From positions 5,152,001 to 5,216,000 of the forward strand of contig OZ244744.1 in assembly GCA_965219455.1 (NCBI GenBank): a stretch of 64,000 bases of DNA, read 5' to 3'. The notes under the pieces are model-generated. The model made no database searches, was not told the origin of the DNA, and saw only the letters and a list, made by a program, of their open reading frames with translations. The translations under genes were made by a program, and so were the position numbers. Below, one piece after another: positions 25,847 through 36,990 of this stretch. Source of the stretch: Candidatus Latescibacterota bacterium (GTDB lineage Bacteria; Latescibacterota; UBA2968; GCA-2709665). Position 1 is the stretch's first letter; each line of letters begins with the position of its first letter.

Positions 25847-27544
25847 ATGAACTTTAACACGACCAATAACACATTTCGCCAATTAATGGGCAACGGGCTG
25901 AGCTATCGCGTGCCGAAGTTTCAACGCGACTACTCCTTGGGTCTCGACGAATGGGACGACCTGTGGCAGGACATTGTTGCACTGTTCGGCGAGGACCCGG
26001 AACCCGCTCACTACATGGGCTATCTGGTACTGCAATCGTCGGACAACAGGTCATTTGACATTATCGACGGACAGCAGCGAATGACCACGCTTAGCTTGAT
26101 GATGCTGGCGGCGGTAGCGCATCTGGCGGACCTGGCGCCGCCGGGTGATCCGAATGACCCACAAAATCGACGCGCTGAGCAGTTGCGTAGCAACTACATC
26201 GGCTACCTGGACCCAGTCAGCCTGGTGTCGCGCTCAAAGCTAACGCTTAATCGGCATAACGATCGCTTTTACCAGAATTTCCTGGTACCCCTGGAACGTC
26301 TGCCGCAACGGGGCTTAAACGCCTCGGAACATCTGCTGCGTCGTGCTTTCATCTGGTTCAAGGAGCATATCAAGGAACGATCAGGCAATGACGGTGAATC
26401 CGTAGCGCGTTTTGTTGACGTCGCTGTAGATAAGCTGTTCTTTACGATCATTACCGTGACTGACGAACTAAATGCCTTTAAGGTGTTCGAGACTCTAAAC
26501 GCCCGCGGCGTGCGCTTGTCCGCTACCGATTTGCTCAAGAATTACTTGTTTTCGGTTGTCTCACGCGGAAATCCGCACGAATCTGAGATTAGCAACTTGG
26601 AAGATCGGTGGGAGGCCATTGTAGGGTTGCTGGGCAGTGAGAGTTTTCCCGAGTTCTTGCGGGTGTTCTGGAACAGCCGCAACAGGTTGGTGCGAAAGGC
26701 GGACTTGTTCAAGGTCATTCGGAACGCGATCTGCAATAGGTCCAAAGCGTTTGAATTGATCCGCGACATGGACAGGAGTGCCCGCATGTATGCGGCCTTG
26801 CGGAGCCCGGAGGACGACTCCTGGACACCAGACGAACACGCCAGCCTGGTCCAGTTACAGATGTTCAACGTGCGTCAGCCGTTGGCATTACTATTGGCGG
26901 CATGGGAGCGATTCTCGGAAGACGACCGTGTCGGCTTTGGACGACTTCTACAGGCGGTAGCGGTAGTATCATTTCGATACAACGTGATTTGTAGCCGCCA
27001 AAGCAACGAGCAGGAGGTCGTCTACAACCAGATTGCCCGGGGAATCTCGGTGGGCCGTGTAAACAGCACGGCCGCAGCGATTGCGGAACTTCGGCCTGTC
27101 TATCCCGATGATCCGGAATTCAGGTCGGCGTTTGCTGACAAGGCGCTGCGAACGACCAGTAGTCGTAACAATAAGGTCGTGCGCTTTATGCTGTTCCGGC
27201 TGGAAGCGCAGTTGTCGGGACAACGCTTTGAATATGAGAGCGCGAGACACGGCATCGAACATGTGCTGCCGGAGAATCCCAACGATGACTGGGAGCAGTT
27301 TGACGACCAGCAGCGAGAGGCGTCCACCTACCGTCTCGGAAACATGACCCTGATGGCGACCGCTGACAATCGCAATTTGGGAAACGCGGGATTCGACGAA
27401 AAACGACCGGTCTATCATAAGAGTAACTTCGCCATCACCCGCAGGCTAGCAGAAGACTACGACGCTTGGACCGTAGAGAAAATTCGCACACGCCAGGCTT
27501 GGATGGCGAAACAGGCTACGGGTATTTGGCGGGTCAATCTATAA
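25847..27544 (+). CDS. DUF262-DUF1524 protein (GmrSD-like type IV restriction / SspE-like)
   Basis: VPKFQRDY, IIDGQQRMTT, FETLNARG, IEHVLPEN...LGNMTL (HNH-like). Confidence 0.9.
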   Translation: MNFNTTNNTFRQLMGNGLSYRVPKFQRDYSLGLDEWDDLWQDIVALFGEDPEPAHYMGYLVLQSSDNRSFDIIDGQQRMTTLSLMMLAAVAHLADLAPPGDPNDPQNRRAEQLRSNYIGYLDPVSLVSRSKLTLNRHNDRFYQNFLVPLERLPQRGLNASEHLLRRAFIWFKEHIKERSGNDGESVARFVDVAVDKLFFTIITVTDELNAFKVFETLNARGVRLSATDLLKNYLFSVVSRGNPHESEISNLEDRWEAIVGLLGSESFPEFLRVFWNSRNRLVRKADLFKVIRNAICNRSKAFELIRDMDRSARMYAALRSPEDDSWTPDEHASLVQLQMFNVRQPLALLLAAWERFSEDDRVGFGRLLQAVAVVSFRYNVICSRQSNEQEVVYNQIARGISVGRVNSTAAAIAELRPVYPDDPEFRSAFADKALRTTSSRNNKVVRFMLFRLEAQLSGQRFEYESARHGIEHVLPENPNDDWEQFDDQQREASTYRLGNMTLMATADNRNLGNAGFDEKRPVYHKSNFAITRRLAEDYDAWTVEKIRTRQAWMAKQATGIWRVNL

Positions 27545-27689
27545 GATAAAATGGGGTTTAACGCCTTTGCGCATTGAACATCAGACAACACGTGACAATT
27601 CCACTGAAAATCTCACGGTCGCCCACTACCGATGATCCGCCGAGCACAACCAAGAATACGAATTTCATGTGGTCGCGGATCTCGTGGAC

Positions 27690-28022
27690 GCCAAGGGGCT
27701 GGAGTTTAGAGCCGTTGCCGTCATGGCCTGCGACGACGAAGTTATCCCGCGGCAGGAGCGCATTGAAACCGTCGCGGATGACGCGGACCTTGAGGAGGTC
27801 TACAACACGGAGAGACACTTGCTGTATGTTGCGTGCACACGCGCCCGTGACCATCTGATGGTTTCCGGCGTCAAGCCCGCTTCCGAATTTCTGGATGACC
27901 TCGGAGCGTAAACTCGCCAGGGGGAAATTGTCTCGTTAAATTAGGCACAGAGGGGTAGAAGGTCTCGAACGTGAGGTGGAGATGGCCGAAATGAGATCTG
28001 GTCTTCCGTATGTATGGGTGAC
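27690..28022 (+). repeat. Direct repeat C, copy 2; includes orphan helicase C-terminal fragment (to 27911)
   Basis: AKGLEFRAVAVMACDD...SEFLDDLG is duplicated from the helicase end. Confidence 0.9.
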
Positions 28023-28638
28023 GTGGTTAACGAAGTTGCTAACTGGAGAAACGTCATGTGAGTGGGCAAACTGGTTTCAAGCCCATCATGACAGCAGGAC
28101 GTGGACTGCTTTGCCGGGTGATTTTGATTCTACGGCATGGCAACTCAATCACACGGCAGCCACCAATGCATATCGGCAAAAGCTGGAAGATCTAGGATTT
28201 GACCTGTCAACCGAGACTCAGAATCGTTTCCACCTTAAAGGAAAGACGGCGACGGTTGGGGGAAAGCCCGATTTAATTGCAAAGAAGGGAAATCGCGGCA
28301 TAATCGTAGATATCAAAACGGGTCAACCAAGGACATCAGATCACGTTCAGGTAATGCTTTACATGTATGCAGTTCCCAGAGCGTTTCCTGAAAAATACAG
28401 AGATGTTGTCTTTGAGGGGCGGGTTGTTTACGGAGAGCAGGAGGTCCCTGTCCCGTCATCGGCTGTTGACGATAAGTTCGTCGAGCGATTTTCGGAGTTA
28501 ATACGCAGGCTGGCATCGAATGAACCGGCCAGAAGAGTTCCAAGTTATGGGGAATGTGGGTTTTGCAAAATTCCCGTGAGCGAATGCCCCGATCGTGTGG
28601 AGGAAGACACATCTACTGCAGCAGTTGATGATTTTTGA
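27982..28638 (+). CDS. PD-(D/E)XK nuclease, Cas4/AddB-like with four Cys
   Basis: GKPDL..IVDIKTG..QVMLY; Cys in TSCEW and CGFCKIPVSEC. Confidence 0.8.
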   Translation: MAEMRSGLPYVWVTWLTKLLTGETSCEWANWFQAHHDSRTWTALPGDFDSTAWQLNHTAATNAYRQKLEDLGFDLSTETQNRFHLKGKTATVGGKPDLIAKKGNRGIIVDIKTGQPRTSDHVQVMLYMYAVPRAFPEKYRDVVFEGRVVYGEQEVPVPSSAVDDKFVERFSELIRRLASNEPARRVPSYGECGFCKIPVSECPDRVEEDTSTAAVDDF

Positions 28639-28685
28639 CGTGGGAAAAACGTCCCGTCAGTTTCAATTTATATACACCAACGGTT

Positions 28686-28719
28686 AAAGAGGGAGCCGAT
28701 GGATTCTCGGACTCCCTCT
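28686..28719 (-). terminator. Terminator hairpin downstream of tRNA
   Basis: AGAGGGAGCCGA / TCGGACTCCCTCT stem with AAA on the plus side. Confidence 0.55.
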
Positions 28720-28728
28720 CTGGTGTTC

Positions 28729-28805
28729 TGGTGGGCCCTGCAGGACTCGAACCTGCGACCAACGGATTATGAGTCCGCCGCTCTAACCAACTGAGCTAAG
28801 GGCCC
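28729..28805 (-). tRNA. tRNA with CAT anticodon, most likely tRNA-Ile2 (lysidine-modified)
   Basis: GGGCCCTTAGCTCAGTTGGTTAGAGCGGCGGACTCATAATCCGTTGGTCGCAGGTTCGAGTCCTGCAGGGCCCACCA: cloverleaf, encoded CCA, resembles ileX-type. Confidence 0.93.
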
Positions 28806-28855
28806 GGTAACAGAGAAATTTACGCGATCTGCCGGAAAGGACAAGCTTTTTGTGG

Positions 28856-30670
28856 TCAACGCGGCTGCGTTTCGGTTGTTCCGCGCTGGACGGCGAACAG
28901 CGCTTTGCGTTGTCGGGTCAGATCTTTGTGTTCGGCCATCAACGCCATCGGATCCGTTCCGCCGCCGGCCGTGCGAAGTTGTGCCTCCAGGGCGTCGATA
29001 CGCGCGTCCAGAGCTTTGAGCTGCATTCTGGCGAGATAATCCTGCAGCGGGATCTGCGCCTCCGGGTTGAGAATGCCGATTTCCATTGATACCGCGGATA
29101 TGATGTTGGCCATTCCGGCGTCCTCGCATTGATTCAGCAGGGAAGCGGCGGCCGTGGTCCGCCCCTCCTCTCGCGCCGCCGCGATCATCCCCGCGATCCG
29201 CCGGTACACACTGTTGGTAAAGTGACCGCCGTCAATCTGTGCAAGCACCGTTTCGGCCGTGCGATCGTCCGCCATCATCATCGTGATCAGTTCCCGTTCC
29301 ATTCGAGGGCGGGGATCGAAAGACGCGGACCCGGATTCTGTCTCTGCCGCGTCGGCCGTCCGTCTGCCCGTACCAAAACGTGCCGCACGCTGGACCGCCT
29401 GGATGGCGATGGCTTCGTCGACCCCCAGTTTCTCCGCGATTTCCTGAGTCAGAAAACGCCTTAGGGTACTGTCCTTCGCGCGTGCGACGAACTCCGAAAT
29501 GGTTTCAACGGCACGGGTCTTGCCGTCCGACGTGGACAGGTCCTCCCGCGACCGCACCCAATCGAAGAGAAAATCCATTATTGGCGCGGCGGTTTCGGTC
29601 AGTTCGTTAAAGGCGTCCGAACCCCGCTGTCGGACGAAGCTGTCCGGATCCTCATCGCCGTCGAGCGTGACCACGCGAATTTCCAGCCCGAATTCCACCA
29701 GGGCGCCTACACCGCGCACGGTGGCGGCGGTACCCGCCGCGTCGCCGTCGAATACAAGTACGGCCAGGTCGGTAAACCGCTTGAGCAGGCGCGCATGTTC
29801 CGGAGTGAGCGCGGTTCCGGAAGAGGCGACAACGTTGCGGATATCGAATTGAGCCAGTGCAACGAGGTCCATATACCCTTCGACGACAACCGCCGTCCGG
29901 GTCGAACGGATCGGGTCCCGGTTGTTCCAGAGGCCGTAAAGCGTGGCGCTCTTGTTGTAGATTGGGGTCTCGGGAGAATTCAGGTATTTGGGCTGTTGCT
30001 CCGGATCGAGGGCGCGGGCGCCGAAAGCGACGGTCCGACCTGTGTGCGATTCGATGGGAAAGATCACGCGGTCGCGAAAGCGGTCGTAGTATCGGCCGTC
30101 CCCGCGGTGGGTGACGAGCCCGGCCCGTTCAAGCATCTGTGCGCTGAAGCCGCGCCTTCCAGCCACGTTGAACAGGCCATCCCAGGCTTTGGTGGCGTAT
30201 CCCAGCGAGAAGGCGTCCATCGTGGATTCTGAGACGCCGCGGCCAACGAGGTATTCGCGCGCTGCTGCGCCCGATTCGTGTCGCAGCAGCATGTGACGGA
30301 AGTATTTTCGGGCGAATTCGACCGTCCTGTAAACCTCGTCGTTGGTGTCCTGTGCCGCCTTGTCGCGGGGCTGAAATTCGGGCAGCGAAATGCCGGCCTG
30401 GTCAGCAAGCTTTCGTACGGCTTCGATGAAGCTGATGCGTTCGAGTTCCATCAGGAATATGAAGGCATTTCCGCCCGCGCCGCAGGAAAAACACTTGTAA
30501 ATCTGTTTCTCCTGGGAGACGTTCAGAGAGGGCGTCCGGTCGTCGTGAAAGGGACAGAGCCCCAGATAGCTCTTGCCACGTTTGACGAGTGCGACATACT
30601 CGGAAATGACGTCGACGATATCCAAGGAGTCGCGAATCTGTTCCACTGTATCTTCGGGAATACGGGGCAT
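28856..30670 (-). CDS. dnaG: DNA primase
   Basis: CPFHDDRTPS..CFSC zinc finger, KYLNSPET, EGYMD, FDGDAAG. Confidence 0.97.
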   Translation of the reverse strand: MPRIPEDTVEQIRDSLDIVDVISEYVALVKRGKSYLGLCPFHDDRTPSLNVSQEKQIYKCFSCGAGGNAFIFLMELERISFIEAVRKLADQAGISLPEFQPRDKAAQDTNDEVYRTVEFARKYFRHMLLRHESGAAAREYLVGRGVSESTMDAFSLGYATKAWDGLFNVAGRRGFSAQMLERAGLVTHRGDGRYYDRFRDRVIFPIESHTGRTVAFGARALDPEQQPKYLNSPETPIYNKSATLYGLWNNRDPIRSTRTAVVVEGYMDLVALAQFDIRNVVASSGTALTPEHARLLKRFTDLAVLVFDGDAAGTAATVRGVGALVEFGLEIRVVTLDGDEDPDSFVRQRGSDAFNELTETAAPIMDFLFDWVRSREDLSTSDGKTRAVETISEFVARAKDSTLRRFLTQEIAEKLGVDEAIAIQAVQRAARFGTGRRTADAAETESGSASFDPRPRMERELITMMMADDRTAETVLAQIDGGHFTNSVYRRIAGMIAAAREEGRTTAAASLLNQCEDAGMANIISAVSMEIGILNPEAQIPLQDYLARMQLKALDARIDALEAQLRTAGGGTDPMALMAEHKDLTRQRKALFAVQRGTTETQPR

Positions 30671-30785
30671 AACGGGTACTATGGAATGGATGGAAAGACA
30701 GTGTTGCGAAAGTCCCGGAGCCGTTCATCCTTCGCCAGAGAGGGGCAGCGGAGCGTCGATCGTCAGGAGCCGACGCGTCCGGCGC

Positions 30786-32726
<1,941 letters not shown>

Positions 32727-33021
32727 AGGGCACGTTCACGCTAAGGGCAGAAAGGAGGGGCTTTTATATCCGACTCGGTACTAATATAGAGGAAACCGGA
32801 TGACGTGTCAATCGGCTCCAACGCGTTAACCGCATACCACCGCACCGGGGTGGTGATTCACGTTATCGGGGGAAGGAACGTGGGAGCGGAAGGGGCGGGA
32901 TTTCGGCGAATCGGCCCAACGCCTGCAGTGAAAAATAGAGGAAGGGTACCTGTCGCCTGAGACCCGCAGGGAGAGAAGGAATTGGATTTGTGTGTTTACC
33001 CATGTGCCGCCAGCCCCGCCT

Positions 33022-35394
33022 TTACGGGTCCAGGGCGAGCGTGATGACCGTGACACCGGCGCCGCCTTCGTTGTGCAGTCCCAGGCGCTGAGATTTGATG
33101 AATTCGTGGCTCTGGAGGTGGGCGCCGATGGCCCTGCGCAGGGCACCGGTGCCCTTTCCATGAATCACTGCCGCGTGCTCCATTCCGACCAGGTAGAGTT
33201 CGTCGATGTATCTGTCGACGGCTTCCACCGCCTCATCCACGGTCATTCCTCTCAAATCCACTTCGGTGGCAACGGTGCCGCGTGCGGCGAACCCGGTGCG
33301 GGCGGCTTCTGAAGGGGTCTCTTCTGCAGGTTCCAGCAGTTCGAGGTCCGCCCGCCTCACCTGCAGCCGCACGTTGCCGACTTCGACCGACACCCTGGTT
33401 TCCTCAATTCGGCCTTCTGCCACGATTCCCTCTTTTTCGAGGCTCCGCACCCGCACCCGGCACCCCGGTTTGAGTGCGGGCGGGGGCGCTTCGGGTGTTT
33501 CGACCGTGTCCGCCAATTCGCGCCGGGCCTGCTGCACCTCCGCACGGGCTTTCTTAATGGCGCCCCTGTCGGCGTTGCGTTGTCTGAGTTCGGAAACGGT
33601 GCGTTCGATGAGGGCATTGGCTCCGTCCAGAATGCGCCGCGCTTCTTCCTCCGCGCCACGTTTGAGCGCCCGCTCCCGTTGTTCCACCTCTCTAAGGCGA
33701 CCTTTATACTCTGCGCTAAGGCTTTCCATTTCACGTCGGTTGGATCGCGCCCGCTCCAGTTCTTCGTTATAGCGCTGGTAGGTGTCGTCAAGATCCGCAA
33801 TGAGGGCTTCCATGCGGCCTATATCGCTGCCCGCAATACGCTCGGCTTCGTCGACAATGTCGGATGGCATCTGAAGCCGGCGGGCGATTTCGAAGGCATA
33901 GCTGCTTCCGGGCGTATTGAGACGAAGCTGGAAGGTGGGGGTCAGGGTAGCCGCATCGAAGGCCATGGAGCCATTGGCCATACTCTCCGTGCGGTGCGCA
34001 TAGGCTTTGAGTGCCCCGTGATGGGTGGTCGCGACGGTATGGCATCCCCTTTCATTGAGTGTACTCAGGAGGGCCATCGCCAGGGCCGCGCCCTGGTCGG
34101 GGTCGGTGCTGGCCCCAACTTCGTCGAGAAGGACAAGGGACCGGGCTTCGGCATCGTTGGTGACCTCAACCAGATTCGCCACGTGGGAGGAAAAGGTGCT
34201 GAGGTCGTTCTCGATGGACTGTGCATCGCCGATGTCTGCAAAGACACCGGTGAAGATCGGAAACTGCGACTGTTCCGCGGTCGGCACGGGCAAGCCGGCC
34301 TGAGCCATCAGCGCAAGTATGCCGACTGTTTTGAGGGCAACGGTCTTGCCGCCGGCGTTCGGACCTGTCAGGACGAGGGTGCGAATGGCATCGTTGCCCA
34401 TTGTAAGGCTAAGCGGAACAATGGAATCGGACCGGTTCTCACCGCGCAGGCGGTGGACCAGAACGGGATGCCGGGCGTCGTGCAGTTCGAGGCGTCCTTC
34501 CAGGTTGAAAATAGGCTCGCTGCACTTAAGTTCGCGCGAAAAGTCGGCCTTCGCGTACACGGCATCGAAATTTCCCAGAATGCGCAGGTTTTCAAGCAGG
34601 CTGTCGCCGATTTCAGCGACCTTCCCGGTAAGTTCGCGAAGGATGCGTTTCACCTCCTGTTGCTCGGCCAGTTCGAGTTGCCGCAGCCGGTTGTTGAGCG
34701 CCAGTGTGGCCATGGGTTCGACAAAGAGTGTGGCGCCACTGGACGATTGATCGTGTACCAGGCCTTCCAGCCGGTGTTTCTGATTTTCCCGGACCGGTAT
34801 CACGAAGCGGCCGTTCCGGATGGTGATCAGCCGTTCCTGCACCACGGTGTCGGGGAGCCGCTTCAGGATGCTCTCAACGGAACTGCGGATGCCGGACCGC
34901 GTCTGTTCCAGGCTTCGCCGGATCCGCCTCAATTCGACGCTGGCGGAGTCCTTGATGGTTTCCGTCGGGGGATCGATGGAACGATGTATGCGCGCTTCCA
35001 GATCGGGGTGCTGGGACAACCCGGCCACGAGCGCCTGGAGTCGGGGATATTTCGCCTTCCGTTTGAAAAAGTATCCCACAAAGCGGCGAGACATCCGCGC
35101 AATTTCGTCAATCTGGATGAGTTCACCGATGGTGAGCGTCGACCCTGGAACCGAGGCGGTGCGGATCGAGGCGCGAATGTCGGGCATGCGTCCGATTGGA
35201 ATGGGATCGTCATACCCGATCAGATCCATGGCTTCGAGCACCGGACGCAGCCGGGCTTCAATGCGTTCGGGGTTGTCTGCCGGAGCGAGGCTTTCGACTT
35301 GGTCCCGACCGGGAACGGAAACGGCGCGTTTCGCGATAAGGCCGAGAATCTTACTGAATTCGAGGGTCTGGAGGGTTTTGGGCGGTAGGGTCAT
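33022..35394 (-). CDS. mutS2: MutS2 with Smr domain
   Basis: TGPNAGGKT, LSTFSSH, DEVGASTDP, C-terminal DLRGM..IHGKGTG. Confidence 0.95.
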   Translation of the reverse strand: MTLPPKTLQTLEFSKILGLIAKRAVSVPGRDQVESLAPADNPERIEARLRPVLEAMDLIGYDDPIPIGRMPDIRASIRTASVPGSTLTIGELIQIDEIARMSRRFVGYFFKRKAKYPRLQALVAGLSQHPDLEARIHRSIDPPTETIKDSASVELRRIRRSLEQTRSGIRSSVESILKRLPDTVVQERLITIRNGRFVIPVRENQKHRLEGLVHDQSSSGATLFVEPMATLALNNRLRQLELAEQQEVKRILRELTGKVAEIGDSLLENLRILGNFDAVYAKADFSRELKCSEPIFNLEGRLELHDARHPVLVHRLRGENRSDSIVPLSLTMGNDAIRTLVLTGPNAGGKTVALKTVGILALMAQAGLPVPTAEQSQFPIFTGVFADIGDAQSIENDLSTFSSHVANLVEVTNDAEARSLVLLDEVGASTDPDQGAALAMALLSTLNERGCHTVATTHHGALKAYAHRTESMANGSMAFDAATLTPTFQLRLNTPGSSYAFEIARRLQMPSDIVDEAERIAGSDIGRMEALIADLDDTYQRYNEELERARSNRREMESLSAEYKGRLREVEQRERALKRGAEEEARRILDGANALIERTVSELRQRNADRGAIKKARAEVQQARRELADTVETPEAPPPALKPGCRVRVRSLEKEGIVAEGRIEETRVSVEVGNVRLQVRRADLELLEPAEETPSEAARTGFAARGTVATEVDLRGMTVDEAVEAVDRYIDELYLVGMEHAAVIHGKGTGALRRAIGAHLQSHEFIKSQRLGLHNEGGAGVTVITLALDP

Positions 35395-35467
35395 AAGGTC
35401 ACCAATCGATAGGAAAACCCGTGTGGTTTCCCCGCACGAATAAACCCCGCGTCAGCACCGGGCACCA

Positions 35468-36136
35468 TTATTTCTGTTTGCCGGTAGATGAGGACGATTG
35501 GGGATCCCGTGGCGTTTGTTTTTCTTTCCCCTGAGATTCCTCGATGAGTCCCTTCAACTTGGCGCGTGCTTTTCCGGTTCCCCGGGTCATACTTTCCACA
35601 AAGGGATGGACCGATGACTTCTGTTCGTCTGGTACGAGGTATTTGTAGAGCTCCGATGCACGTGGAACACCGTCTTTGACGGCATCCATCAGGACCAGGC
35701 AAGCCTGCTGTACGTGACGCGTTAGCCGCGCATCGTCAATGTATGCCTTCACCCCGGGGTGAGGGGCATACGCCCTCAGCAAAAGGATCAGTAATCCCAG
35801 CAGAAGTACCCCCTGCGCCATGCCGAGTACGCCGCCGCACAGCGTGTCCACGACGCCGAAGGGAGTGGCCTTGAGCATGACCTGAAGCATGCGTCCGAGA
35901 AGGTAACACGCGATCAACGTCGAGAGGAATGCACAGACAAAGCCGAGCAGGGCAGGGCCATGACCCGCATTCTCACCCGAAATCCACTCCGCGACCACGC
36001 CACCGTACGCGAGGCCGAGTCCGTAAGCCAGAACAAAGCTGGCGAGACCAACCAGGCCCCTGACCAGTCCGATGCGGCACCCTCTGAAAACCATCCAGCA
36101 GAGCCCGATCAGCAAGATCAGGTCGACTATGTTCAT
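35468..36136 (-). CDS. cvpA: CvpA family membrane protein
   Basis: MNIVDLILL...GLVR, four TM segments, DTLCGGVLG; located upstream of mutS2. Confidence 0.8.
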   Translation of the reverse strand: MNIVDLILLIGLCWMVFRGCRIGLVRGLVGLASFVLAYGLGLAYGGVVAEWISGENAGHGPALLGFVCAFLSTLIACYLLGRMLQVMLKATPFGVVDTLCGGVLGMAQGVLLLGLLILLLRAYAPHPGVKAYIDDARLTRHVQQACLVLMDAVKDGVPRASELYKYLVPDEQKSSVHPFVESMTRGTGKARAKLKGLIEESQGKEKQTPRDPQSSSSTGKQK

Positions 36137-36343
36137 TCGGTCCTCCCTCTGACCTCGTGTCCCGTCCCGAAAATATATCACCATTCAGCAATCTATTTCC
36201 GGAACAGAACACCAGATGGAAACACGGGGGTACCGCGACGTCATTGATTGAAACTGTCGACCTCAATGACGAAGCCCAAAAAAATACAACCGCATCCGAA
36301 GGCGAATCGGTGCGGTTGTCGTTGCCGTACTCACAATTTTGAT

Positions 36344-36541
36344 TTATTGGTTGAAGCGCGTTTCGAATTTCATGCGTTTGCGCTTTGCCGCGGCGATTTT
36401 TCGTTTCCGGCGCTCGCTGGGTTTCTCGAAATGCTGATGCTTTTTCATCTCGGTCATTATACCTGCTTTTTCGCAGGTTTTCTTAAACCTTTTCAGCGCT
36501 TTTTCAAATGGCTCGTCATCTCTCACCACAACCTTGGCCAT
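36344..36541 (-). CDS. rpsU: 30S ribosomal protein S21
   Basis: EPFEKALKRFKK...HFEKPSERRKRK. Confidence 0.97.
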   Translation of the reverse strand: MAKVVVRDDEPFEKALKRFKKTCEKAGIMTEMKKHQHFEKPSERRKRKIAAAKRKRMKFETRFNQ

Positions 36542-36990
36542 AAGCTGGACTCCCTCCTTTCCGTTTCCTGCAGAAACAAGCCATGCTTAAGAGCAATAGA
36601 AATTGACGACCGAAGGCCAGCCCATTTTCTTGCCAACATTGCATTGGCTTGCAGGAATTTGATGGTTCTAAATATATAAAAATGAAAGATATTATGCAAA
36701 CGTTTTTCTTTGGTTGACTGGATGCTTGTAAAATTTGTATACTTCCTGTACGCCGACAGACTGTTTTGTCCGAGTCTTCCGGCCTCTGCAAAACTCCGGG
36801 GTGAACGCCTCGTTGCCGTTCTGTGACGTGGGGACCGGATCGGAGACGCGATGACGGCAGGTTGTCATAGCGGATCGGGTAGTATCGAATCTGCTGCCGG
36901 CGCTGTGCGGACTCGAACAGTGTTGTCAAGGGAATGGTACGGAACTTAAGGAGACCCAGGACGTTGAGGTAGGAGAAGGGAGCCAAAACG

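Noticed and set aside
8233-28728. Integrase/transposase for the island
   Set aside because: No ORF with tyrosine/serine recombinase or DDE motifs was recognised.
33580-35388. 602-aa plus-strand ORF and similar long antisense ORFs (e.g. 52137-53558, 2626-3363)
   Set aside because: Shadow ORFs opposite well-supported genes in GC-rich DNA, with no recognisable motifs.
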